A stretch of 58,424 bases of DNA, filler included, from Dimargaris cristalligena (taxonomy: Eukaryota): the NCBI GenBank assembly GCA_003614675.1. It is 6 parts of 6 records of this genome, joined end to end, with 100 filler letters (N's around TTAATTAATTAA, not from the genome) between each part and the next. Parts side by side here need not be neighbours in the genome. Positions count along the whole stretch, not along the records: positions 1 to 9,677 come from ML003247.1; positions 9,778 to 19,452 come from ML003248.1; 4 more parts are not named here. One strand, 5' to 3'. The position numbers and the translations under genes are program-made. Each line of letters starts with the position of its first letter. Within the stretch, counting starts at the first letter, position 1. Below the pieces are notes generated by a model. It made no database searches. It was not told the DNA's origin and saw only the letters and a list, made by a program, of their open reading frames with translations. Positions 1 through 11,607 of this stretch are shown here, piece by piece.

Positions 1-470
1 ACATTGTCACTGACTCTACCGTGAGTCCCAACCCGTACGAGAGCACCACCACCACCACCGACGATATTGCGACGGACTCTACGGTGAGTCCTAACCCATA
101 CGAAAGCAGCTCCTCGATTACCGAGGATGTGGCTACCACCACTGACCCCACCCCTGAACCAACCACGACCACCGTCGAAGAAGTGGGTACTTCAACCATC
201 GATCTGCCCACGCCTACCCCTACTCCTACTCCCGCCTGCGACCTCAATTCCCCCGACGCCCGACAACTCCGGTTGACCGTGGCTGGTGTCGGTGCGGCGC
301 AGAAGGAGGAGTACCGTAATATTGTCATGGACCAAATGACGACCGACAAGTATTGTTTTGCCCGCATCGCGGTGGACGTGTCCAACAACTTTATTTTCAT
401 GGTATCTTTCCCAGCGGATATCCCTCGTATCAGCCAGATTCCCCATGTGGTTATGGTCGATGAGGTTTAA
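1..470 (+). CDS. 3' part of a Ser/Thr/Pro-rich, probably extracellular protein with a 21-aa tandem repeat and a small C-terminal globular domain (5' end off contig)
   Basis: The frame is open from the contig start to TAA at 468-470. Two 63-bp units encode DI(V/A)TDSTVSPNPYES, followed by a TP linker and a ~75-aa two-Cys domain ending ISQIPHVVMVDEV. Confidence 0.7.
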   Translation, partial: IVTDSTVSPNPYESTTTTTDDIATDSTVSPNPYESSSSITEDVATTTDPTPEPTTTTVEEVGTSTIDLPTPTPTPTPACDLNSPDARQLRLTVAGVGAAQKEEYRNIVMDQMTTDKYCFARIAVDVSNNFIFMVSFPADIPRISQIPHVVMVDEV

Positions 471-1108
471 TATCTGGCGGTATTTTTATATAGGGTTCGC
501 CCGGTACCGGAATTTTATTAGTTATTCAATATAACAGCTTTTAAAAAAGCACTTTTAGGATCCAGTCATCTAGTCGGTAGTTGTTTCGACAAATGGGCTC
601 AGGGAGCTGTAGCACCCCCCGAAAAAGATCTCTGGGAGCAAGATTAGTATGGAAGTGAATGATTTATTAGGCGGAGCTGTAGTCTGATGGAAAGCCAGGT
701 CCTGTATTGCTCAACGGGTTTGAGGATTCCTTATAGGTAGTCAATGTCGCAAATATGGTCGGCAACTTCTTGGCATATATTCTGACGCTGGGTTAAGAGT
801 TGTGTCAGCGGCTCTCTAATGGGTTCTATTCACCCCAATATCCCACCAATTGAAGCAGTTTGGAATTAATCAAAAATACACAAAATTAGAACAATCAGTA
901 AACCAGCTTGAGATTTGTGTGGTTCACATGGGTAGCCCGCTATATTGTAAATATAGTCATCCAGACGCATAGAGCTGGTTTTATCTTACCTGGTAAATCA
1001 TGCTAACGAATGAGATAACACCAAGATTGTATGGGCCCAATAGAATAGGAGAATGAAATATACGACATTAGAAGTTTTCAGTAAAATCTATCAGGCCAAT
1101 TGCTTATT

Positions 1109-3088
1109 TTATAGACCAGTAAAAATATGTATAGTTTGGCTGCTCTCACTTACCATTTGTAGTAACTGGTCGCGGGCCCTAGAAATCTCGACTTTACACA
1201 GCCAGACCAGACACTTATCCAAGACCAGCCGGAGCGGGGCCACCCAATCACCCATCCGACTCAGGCGCCAGGCCGTCCACGCGCGTTCCTGACTCTTGAG
1301 CCACGCCTGAAGCTGAGTTTCATTTTCAATCGGATCCAAGGGGATGGTGGTAGTCGTTGAAAGACCCCCACGGGAACCAACGAGGAGCCGGAGACCGGGC
1401 GATAGGGCAGTCAAAGGAAGTCGACGGATAGGTGGGGTCTGAGCCAGAAGTAGGAGAGTTAGGACCAGTCGGTAGGATATTTCACCCGGCTTCACCGTCA
1501 AATCTCTAGCGGAGTAAATGTTTTAAACCAATAGGATCCGTCATGCCACCTAAATAGGTTAGTAAAGCGTAAAGGTGTGAGAGTAGGTAAGGTCGTCCAT
1601 ACACGGCAACTTTCCCCCAGAACATAGAGGTATACGCATAAGAAGGCGATATTAAAGAAACCAATGGCTTACCCCCAAAGCCCGTGGTTGGTTAGAGTCG
1701 TTTGGCACCATGTGGACCACGTATGAAACCAGCCCAAGGCCCGGCCGGGTGGTCCACTCCATGGTTCGTAACTTGACAGAAAGAAATTATCGAGCAGGGA
1801 CTCGTCCAGAGCAACGCTATCGTAGACATTCTGGGGTAGGGTGAAACCATATTCTAGCAGCATGGCGGCATTATCGTGGGGACCGTAATTGATGAATGCT
1901 TGCTGGCCTTTGGGAATATCATGGTCGGCCCGGATCACAAATGCGTCTAACGTTGGCTCGAATCCCGTAGTCACCTAGTGCAACCCCGTGGTAAAAGGGC
2001 CGTGTAAAGGGAGATGCCCAGGATGGGTATGATTAAATGAGGTAAGTTAGATATTGGGCTGCTGTTCTTGGGCGGCCACAAAGACAGCAAATACCACTGG
2101 TTTTAAAAGTTGAATAGCCTAACGTAATATAACGTTACTATAGTAATGTGGTGGGTATAAGTTACCTGGGTCGAATTAGAGTGGTTTAAAAAATCCAGCA
2201 TGGGCGCCATGGCCATTGTATCGACAGCGTGCCTAGAAGCCGTGTTAGATCCAGTGGAGTGGGTTTTGAGGGAAATGCAACGGGTATTGACGGCCAACCA
2301 CGCCCATTTCCATTCGCCGGGCGTCAGCGGCGGGCTCTGGGGTGCTATAATGGCCCACACGCGTTGGGCCGCTTGCCACCCGGCCACCAACCGTTCGTAC
2401 TGCAGCTGTAACAACTGCCGAAAGTCCGCCGGCAATTTGGCTAGCAGTCCATGACTGCGGTCGGGATCAGTGAGGGACAAATGCGCTAGTGGTACGGTGG
2501 AAAAGTGGGCCGGTAGAACCTGGATATAGGGCCGTAGAGGTGAAGTAGAGCCCTGGCGCTTGGCCTGAATAATCGCCAACGCCAAAATCACGGGCTCGCT
2601 AGTGGTAATGGCGGCGATCGATGCTTTGATGCTAAAAATATGGCAGTAATGGTGGCATTTTCGGTTACGTGAGAAGTGGGTATAAAAAAAGCCCAAGATT
2701 TGACGATGGTTGAGGGTGGCTGCACTATTGGAATGGGACGGCTGGGTCGGTTGTTAACTCCGCCCCGAAGCCATGGATACGGCTAAGTCTGGGGAAGACG
2801 ACCGGGTAGAGTGGATATCAACGGGGTATTACCTAGCATTTTTTGGCTTGTTCCACATGCGCAGGGCTCCTGATCGGGTTAGTAGGAGGGATTTGGGAAC
2901 CCTGATTATCATGTCCCCTCGCTGAATAAAAATTGATTATTTGAATAAGATCATATTGGTAGGGGCCATTGTCGATAAGGATCCCATATAAGAACGAGGT
3001 ATTAAGATGCTGTATTTTCTAAGGTTCGCCACCGTAAGATGCGTGGTGAAAATGTAGAACAGAATGCAGCTGGATCAAACAGGTATCG

Positions 3089-3123
<35 letters not shown>

Positions 3124-3418
3124 TCTGACCTTGATGGTATCTGTTGCCAACATGCCCCGGCCGGTATCTGATGTGGGAAGATAGTTGAAATCAAATAACC
3201 AATTTATTTATATTTGATCTGTGGCGACTTTGGAGCGAAAGTATCGGTGCAGTCCACACTTTAAAAGAATCTATGTATTGCTGCAAAAAAATAAACAAGA
3301 CGGACTTACCCGTAAAGTGGGCCAGTGTAATGGATGTGAATGGAAACTGCTTCTGCTCCAGCCAGGCCCGGAATTGTAGCCAAGCCGGGTCGTTGTCAAG
3401 GGTATAGGATGGTGCCAT
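1109..3418 (-). CDS. SET-domain protein lysine methyltransferase (SETD4/Rkm2-like), 6 exons
   Basis: Exons are approx. 3418-3310, 3167-3130, 2922-2833, 2631-2166, 1974-1673 and 1505-1109, all with GT..AG introns. Motifs: DTGRGMLAT, GDMIIRVPKSLLL, WAWLAVNTRC, MAPMLDFLNHS, FINYGPHDNAAMLLEYGF. Confidence 0.88.
3089..3121. repeat. (TA)n microsatellite in an intron of the SET gene
   Basis: Perfect TA dinucleotide run of about 16 units. Confidence 0.95.
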
Positions 3419-4571
3419 GTCTGGATAACTCGGTAGGGGTCGTCCAGCTGTCCTCTATGTATTGGTTTGATGAGGGGCAGTAAGCGATTTCGGTAAATTA
3501 GTTCACAAAAGTCGGGGGGCCGAATATGTACAATGTGTATATTAATACTGTGGCAGTGTAGGGCTGAATTAGTGGTGCCCCGTCGGTCACTTTAGCCCAG
3601 TGCCTGCTTTTACAGCTCCACCGGAAAACGTCAGGTTTATTTATTCGCATTTTCCCATAGTGGGTCGGTCATCAAACTTGGGAGAGATATGGGTGGGGGC
3701 GGGTTATAGTAGTTGACCTTCGGAAATTGGATCAGTTCAATTTTGCATCTCAATCCCTCCTAGAACTCACCTGGAAGAACGATGTCTCAGGGTGGAATGC
3801 GGTGAAGGCCGGAGTCCTATTTAGTTTTGCCGATTCGGGGACCGGGAATGGGACTCGTAGGATACTTTAATGACAGGGGCATTGACTGCAAAGGGCGAAT
3901 CAGAGAAGTAAATGGGAGTGGATATAGTCACCAAGAAAAATAAACTCGGAGGGATGCCTCTTTCAGGGCTACAGTAGAATACCTGGCCTTCGGGGAGGAA
4001 TAAGGCGAATCCAAACTCTCGGTGGTGATTCAGTCACATTTCTTTATTGGGTTCCAAAAACGACAAAATTAAGCGGGTGCGCATTAAAATAGGATATTCA
4101 GTGTAATTAGACGGGAAATAATAGCTGGCGAATTTCCAATGCTTTAGTATAGTTGAAAGTATGGATTTATAGTTAGTTAGTTGATGGCTACTCCACATAT
4201 ACCCCTGGGTTTCCAGCATGCATTTCACCAGAAGAGATATATGGCTATAGATCAGGCCATTGTGACTCTCATATGCCGGCGGCCACCCCAAGTCATATTA
4301 CAGCCCGCCTGACCTGGGCCCACACAGTAGTATACTGCCAATTTCTCTGACTTTACCGTCCCTATTCTCGCTTCGATTGGTTCAAGCCAAAATTTCTCCT
4401 TTAGGCCTGGTGCTCCTCACTGCTGGCTCCTTCTTCCAGAAACTGTTCCAATTTTCATTCTCCTAATTGGTGGGGTTCCTGTTTATACTTCCGACACTCG
4501 CCACTAATCAGCACTTTTCACCTCGTTCCACCCATCTCCCAACCCTGCTCAGCAAACGAACCACAGAGCCC

Positions 4572-6033
4572 ATGCGACCAACTTGGACATTTCGACTTCT
4601 GCCCTGGCTACTGGTGGCGGTGGCCCTTCTGGGCGCACCCGAAGGCTTAAGTAGCAACCACCAACCCTCTCCCTTCCTAGAAGACGCCTCCGTGGAAACC
4701 AGGCACCACGCCTCCATGGCTTTGGAAGGACCTTCCTCCCTTTCGCTAGGCGATGGCATCCCCCGCCGCACCAGCCCCGAAAAACGGGACGAACTATACG
4801 CTCATGCCTTGCTAGCGGCGGCCGCGTACTGTAGTCGTGAACGCGTGCGGCAATGGGACTGCGGGGCCAAATGCCCTGAGGGATACATCTTCTACCACTA
4901 CGAAGAACACGTTGATAAGGGGTTGGTGGCATACATCAGCTACCAATTGGTTTCGGAGACGTCGGCTGACATTGTAGTATCTTTCCGAGGGTAAGTTGTA
5001 TGATATGGCCATTGGCCGGGGGGCTTAGCTGAGGCGCGGGCGAATTGATTTTTAAAAAGTTGCTTTGGTGTGAGAAAGCAAGCTGCCCCCCCTCGAATAA
5101 TACTAATAGTAATATTAATAGGATTTTCAAGAAACGCGAACCCCCCGTTGACCAAAGTCAATTGTGGCCTTCCCTTCTTATAACCCTGGGCAATGCCCCT
5201 AATCGCGACTGGCCTGGAAGCCGGCAACCAAACTACCTGCTAACCCTTACTTTATTCATTCGCTTCTTTATTGGCCGGATTCATATTATAGAAGCAGCGA
5301 CTTTCGAACCTGGCCGTATGACTTGCAGTTCGGTCGCCTGAATTTCACCTACAGCCCAAAACATGATGCCAAGGTACACGGCGGCATCTACAGCTGTTTT
5401 CAAGCCATGCAGCCCGGGGTGAACCGGCATCTGTATGCCCTCATGGGAGAACTGGAGGAGATGGGTATTCGCGATATCCACATCTTGAGCACGGGGCATT
5501 CGCTAGGGGGCGCCCTGGCGGTTTTTGAGGCCCTGGCCATTGTACAGGATTTGGAAGATGACCTGCCCACGTCGAGTGGTCGGACCCTGGGGTTCCCGCA
5601 AGTTCAGTTAACCCTCACTTCCGTGGGGGAGCCCCGGCTGGGTAATTTTGCGTTTGCCCAGCTGGTCTACGACACCATGTGGCGGTATTCATCACCCGCT
5701 CCTACCACCCGTAGCGGGGTGTCTATTGAACCCCAACCCGGTTCGTCCTCTCGGCTACGCTCGTTCCAGATTCACCGCCTGACCTCGCATAATGATTTGA
5801 TTCCAACGCTGCCGCCAACCGTCGTGGGATTCTACCATCATCCCACCGAGTACTGGGTCACATACGGTTTGGGGGGTCTGGGCAGTCGGCTGCTGGAATG
5901 TCCGGATGTAGCTACACCGGGTGACTCGGAAACAATCCGCGAGAATTGGCTATGCTCGGCGGGCCAGCCCAACCCTAACATGGTGGCCCATATGGGCGTT
6001 TGGGATATTACATTCGGTCCCATTTGCATGTAA
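4572..6033 (+). CDS. Secreted class-3 triacylglycerol lipase, 2 exons
   Basis: Exon 1 is 4572-4990 (signal peptide, LAAAAYC, WDCG, IVVSFRG). The intron is 4991-5291 (GTAAGT..TAG). Exon 2 has VHGG, the GHSLGG nucleophile, GEPRLGN, HNDLIPTLPP and a C-terminal His (AHMG). Confidence 0.92.
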
Positions 6034-6983
6034 TAGCCACGCGCACAACTGGGGAATTCCAGGCCACCGTGTATTTAGATGATGTATAATATTTTTATAA
6101 GCAGGAATCTGCGCCATACGTTGCTGTGGGCCTATAAACCAATACCGATTGAAAATATCTAACCCCAATTGTTTACGAAATACGGGATAGATTCACGACT
6201 GCTTCATGTGGTTTTGGGTGATATGTACTTGGGCCAAAATACGGGCCTGTATGGGGGAGGGAGTTTAGCCAACGAAGTCAGCCCGATTATCAGATGGCTA
6301 ATTGCAAAGCTAGAACGGGCTTATCCCACCTGCATTGACACCAAACTATTGTGTGTTTGTCCTATGAAGCATTGGCTGTTAAATAATAGTATCTCGTCAT
6401 GCATCGACTTTTACGAAGAAAAGACGGACCATCGCCCAAATGGTTCAAGAGCTCCACCTGACAGGATGGAGGAGGGCACATACTATTTTACCAATCTTCA
6501 TAGTAAATCAGAGAAAAGCATCCTTACAAGTCACGTGGCCCACCCATCTGGAACCCTTTTTTTTTCTTCTGAAGCAGTGGGGGAATGGCCAAACAGATAT
6601 TCTTTACAATGGGAAGGTTAAACAGATGCCGTTAAAGAATCATAATGGCATGGTGGATTATCGTTTTTTGTAGGGCAGCGGCGGTAATAAGGCGGTCTAA
6701 AGCACTAAGAAACGATTAATGAATTTAGACTAATAAGCCCGAGATTTGCTTGGGCCTATGGTATACGGTCTGCCAGGTAGGTTCGGTTCCATTCAGTCTA
6801 GTTTGGTGCATTGCCGTCGTCCGAGTATTTTAACATTATCTTTTCCCAACTTTTTATCGATTCACTTTTATAGTGCTTACGACTTTGTCTGTCTCTCTCC
6901 CCTCAATTGACTTCCAGTTCTCTACCCAGCCTCCTGCTATTTCCCTCCGTTTTCCATTTCTATCCAGTTTGATCAGCCACAAA

Positions 6984-8989
6984 ATGACCCGACGCACCCA
7001 TGAGGAAGATTTCATAGGTTTCGATGATTTAGACAGCGACGACCACGCCCCCCAGCAACAGACCCAGGTCCAGCCGACCGGTCCCCCGCCCACCGGCAAG
7101 CGTAAGCTAGCCGAGGCCAACGGCAACAGCGAGGACGAACCCTACCACGCCAAGGCCGAATTGCTGTGCATCTACCACCCTGGGGTGGGCCAACTGCCGC
7201 CCTGGCTCAGTTCCCGAACCGCCAAAACCAAGCCTGGCTCAATGCGCAATGTTCACCGAGTGTAAGTGCCGTTAATACTTTCTGCTACCCCAACTCCTCT
7301 CCCCGTGTACGTACGTGGCTTACATTTGGAATTGAGTGGCGTGCCATTATTCTTCCTGGGTACCCCAGGTTCGATATTAATATATACTAATAGTGGGTCC
7401 GTTTCATGAATTGTTTCCCGTATATACATAATAATCCATGTAGGCTACATAACGAAGTCGTAGATTTCGTCAACTACGTGTCCCCCACCCCGGAGGAGCA
7501 CCAGCTGCGCCTGTGGGCCGTGGAGCGGATCCGCCGCGTCGTCAATTCCCTCTGGCCCAGCGGCGAGCTGAAGGTATTCGGCAGTTTCACCACTAAACTC
7601 TACCTGCCCCACAGCGATTTAGACCTGGTCATTCTCACGGGCGAGTCGGGTGACAAAGACGTCTGCCTCCCACACCTCAACCGTCTCTCCCGGGCCCTCC
7701 TCCAGGCCCGTGCGGTAGAGGACTGTACTGTGATTTCCAAAGCCCGCATTCCCATCATCAAAGCGGTGGAAGGCATCAGCAAGTTTCATATTGATATTAG
7801 TTTCAACCAGCCCAACGGCGCCGAAGCGGTCGAAATCATCCGCCGTTTCCAAGAAGAAGACTGGCCCGTCTCCCTACGATCCCTCCTATTTTTGATCAAA
7901 CAATTCCTCTACCAGCGGGGATTGAATGAGGTCTATTCCGGTGGACTGGGCTCGTACGCCCTGATCAATATGATCACCAGTTTCCTCCAACTGCACCCCC
8001 GCATTCGGTCGGGCCAGATTGATCCCGCCGAAAACTTGGGCGTGCTGCTGATGGAGTTCTTTGAGCTGTACGGAAAGACCTTCCGGTACCGTACCACGGG
8101 GATTAAAACCAGTCACCCACCGGGGTACTTTGATAAACGGAACCGTTCTTTTTTCCAACCCGGCCGACCCTTTGCCCTCTGTATCGAGGATCCCCAAGAC
8201 CCCACCAACGACATTTCGCAGGGCACCTTCGGGATTGCCCGCATCCGCAGTTGTTTCGGCGGTGCGCTGGATATGCTGACCGGCTTGACCTACAAGTACC
8301 GCAAGTTCGTCGACCGACGGCACGAGCTCGACCGCATCCAGCGGCTGAGCTGGTCCGAGCCGAAACACATTGATATCCAAGAGCTACTCCCCGCTGACCA
8401 GCCCCACCCCGGCCGCGGGCGGGATTCGTCGGCCAAGGCCGGCCAAGCGTCCCGTGTCAATTTTATGGTGTCGTTCCTGGCCCCGGTGGTCCGGCTAGAC
8501 GCACGGAGTGTCCAGCGCCGTAAGGAAGTGGGCGCGATTTTCGAATCGGGAGCGATGCAGCGTGCGCTAGGCGTGACGGTCGATCCCCTCGGTTCGCCCG
8601 TTTCGGAAGTCCGGTCGCCCTCACCGGTCAACCCCCCCGGGTCAGCCAAATCCCCCCCCACCACCTCTTCTTCTTCCCGTTCAACGGAGAATTCGGCGGC
8701 TGAGGCAGTAGCTAGTCCGAAACGAATGAAGTCGCAGGGTAAGACCGAGACCAAGAACGGGAAAGAGGCCAGCCCGGTAACATCTGCCGCCACCCAAAGG
8801 CAATCGGCGGACCAGGCCGTCGTCGTTATCTCGGACGACGAGCCTAAGGAATCAACTAAGCTCTCGCGACAATTGAAACGGGAGTATTGGCAAGCGAAGT
8901 CGAATTCACCCGGTGGTGCTGCGGCTACGGTCATCTCTGACGAAGAAGGGGCTTGCTCTTCGCAGGATGGGTTCATTTCATTCGAATAG
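6984..8989 (+). CDS. TRF4: Non-canonical poly(A) RNA polymerase, Trf4/Trf5/PAPD5 (TENT4) family, 2 exons
   Basis: Intron 7262-7443 joins ...HRV|LHNEVVDFVNYVSPTPEE. Nucleotidyltransferase motifs FGSFTTKLYLPHSDLDLV, DISFN and GGLGSY are present, plus the PAP-associated segments NLGVLLMEFFELYG and IEDPQDPTNDIS. Confidence 0.93.
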
Positions 8990-9677
8990 ATAGATAACTT
9001 TGTATGGTATTACAATAGTACAGAGGTAGGAGGATGGAGGGTTAACGGAATGGTAAGAGTATAGGTGGATATTTTTCATAATATTAAGGCTATGTCGTAC
9101 GTATATGCGGGGGGAAGAGGAGGGTAATATTGTTTATGTAGCTAAACTTTATTTGCCAAATACTACTTGTTAGTGACATCCACCTAGTAGGTTACTTGGG
9201 GGCCACATTGTGCTTGTATTACCTATTATTATTATTATTATTATTATAAAATACGTTTTCGTCAAATGTTACTCTTACCACCCCCCCCCCCATATACATA
9301 CACATCCTTCCTAATTCCACCGACTACCTTTCGCTTCAACTTCCCCCTGTTCTAACCACTTTCGGAAATAGAGCCGCTCTATATATAAAAATACCTTAAT
9401 GTTCATGGATTTTGGGATTGCAGTAGGCCGTGTTTGGGTCGTTTATGTCTGCAGGCGAGCTATACTCTCCCGTTCATTTGCAGACAATTTTAGGATTGTA
9501 AATATCTACATATACAGGTATTCGAAGGAGGACACTCGTCCCAATCTTGTAAAGTAAATTCCCAATGGATACCCTAAAGGTCATCCGTAATACTGGGTCA
9601 GAGACGGGCCTAACAGCTCACCACCACTCTCTTCTGTTCCTTGCCATAAATGGCAGGATAACCCTGGCCAGGTCTAC

Positions 9678-9777
9678 NNNNNNNNNNNNNNNNNNNNNNN
9701 NNNNNNNNNNNNNNNNNNNNNTTAATTAATTAANNNNNNNNNNNNNNNNNNNNNNNNNNNNNNNNNNNNNNNNNNNN
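9678..9777. other. Artificial contig spacer
   Basis: 100 bp: N-run, TTAATTAATTAA (stops in all six frames), N-run. Confidence 0.97.
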
Positions 9778-11500
9778 CCATGCAAAAAAGGAAATCTCTA
9801 TCCCCCATTTACCAGTTGGCTACTCCCATTCAAATTTAGAAGCCTCTGGCTCCCATTTACCAATTGGCATTCCCTTTTTACCATTTGGTGGCACCTTTTA
9901 GTGCCCTTTCTTTTTATTTAAAACAGCTGGCTAAAGAGTTAGTTAAAACAAACAGGGCAGAGCTTAAAAGGGCAGGGCTTATAATTATATTATAGGGTTA
10001 ATATAATTATAAGTATAAATATAACCCCACCTACTATGCTGGTGTGGTGCCTCCACCACATTACTCTATTCCCCATTTCCCCTTTACTAATTTCCCTTTT
10101 GTCCTCTTCTGTGTTCATCATGGGATCATCATGAATTCCCATGATCCATTGTTCTTCCTTCCCCTTCCTTTGCTAAGCCTTTCCCATGACTTAACTAAGC
10201 CCAATTGGTCCATATTTCCATCTTATAACTAAGTCACTTAGCTGATAACTAATGGACCATTTTCCCTCCTGTTTTCTACTCATTTCCAACCTAAACCATT
10301 GAATTTAAATAAACTCTTATCTGCCCTCTTGGAAGGACAGACAACCTTGGCTCCCATTACATTCTCTTAACTTCCTTGACCCCTGCAACCCCTACTTGGA
10401 GTATCTCAATATCACCCTGGCTTCAGGTGATTATTAGTGACCTCCCAGTTTGCTTTCCCTTTTCTTTTCCCATCTTGTTAGTCGGTCAAATCACCTTGGC
10501 TTCAGGTAATGACTTAACTTTTTGTCAGTTTGGCCCTTTTGGCACTTCACTGGTACTCAATTGAGTATCAGCACTGCCCCTGCCCTTTCTGGGCATGCCC
10601 CCTCCCCATCACAATATAGGCTAAGTCTCCTTGGCTTATATTGGTGGTGATGGATGGGTGGATAATATAGGGGGGGAAGGTTATGCTCATCCCCCAAAGG
10701 TCATGTCACATAACCTAAATATAATGACCCACCTATATGGATTTGACCCTATATAGTTGGGTTGAACTTTACCCATTTGCCAACCAAATTTGGTTTAGCA
10801 AGGGTGAATCTGGCTGACCTTCAGTCCAAAATATAGGGGAAGAGGGGAAGTGCATAGGTGATTTTTCTCCTTCCTGTTCCCTCAAGGCCCATTGACTTCT
10901 CAGGCCCTACCTTGGTCACAATCACCTGCCAATATTTTGGTATTGCTATTCATCGAATTATATATTAGTGAGGCCTAGCACTTCATCCAGCATGTTCCAT
11001 GGACTACACCTACTGCCTAATCAGAGACACTCAAGGTGCCAGAAATAAAGTCGAGACTAGCAGTGCCAAGTTACTAAAATGATGTGCAGTTGGTGGTGTA
11101 GGGTCTGTTTATTTTATAGGCTGTCTGTGAGGAAAAGTGGACTTCATGCCAACCTAGGGAGTGGAAGCTGCTGAACTGAGTCTGCCTGGGCTGAAGTCAA
11201 TTCTATAATAAGGGAGTGGTTCAATCCAGTTGTATAACATACATTCCATTTGAGGCAAATTATTTTATACATGGAAAGTAATTAGTTCATCTATTTTTCT
11301 ATACTAATTAATTTCCCAATATTATACAGTTGGGCTGTATTTCTCCCATATGGAATACGACTATAGTTGTAGGGGTCTAGAATCTTCAAATAAAGTATAT
11401 CATGTGACCAGACTACCCAAAACCCCATTGTCATTCATTTCATGTGTGACAAGTATGGGTGGGATTTAACTGTTCACCCAATATAGCCTACAACACCCAC
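9778..11500. repeat. AT-rich, CpG-depleted degenerate repeat or transposon relic, unclassified
   Basis: Almost no CG dinucleotides and no long ORF. An imperfect internal direct repeat TCACC(C/T)TGGCTTCAGGT(G/A)AT occurs at ~10412 and ~10491. Composition matches the recognisable TE blocks. Confidence 0.55.
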
Positions 11501-11607
11501 ACTGAATGCTTTAGTTAGCACGAATACTGTCTGAAATTCGGTAGACTCGAGACCAGGGCCTTTTTCCATGCGGGCCATTACGGCAGCGCTTAGTTACGCT
11601 TCCGAAC

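Noticed and set aside
9722..9733. Recurrent TTAATTAATTAA palindrome at ~9.7-kb spacing
   Set aside because: Synthetic six-frame-stop linker embedded in Ns, not biological periodicity.
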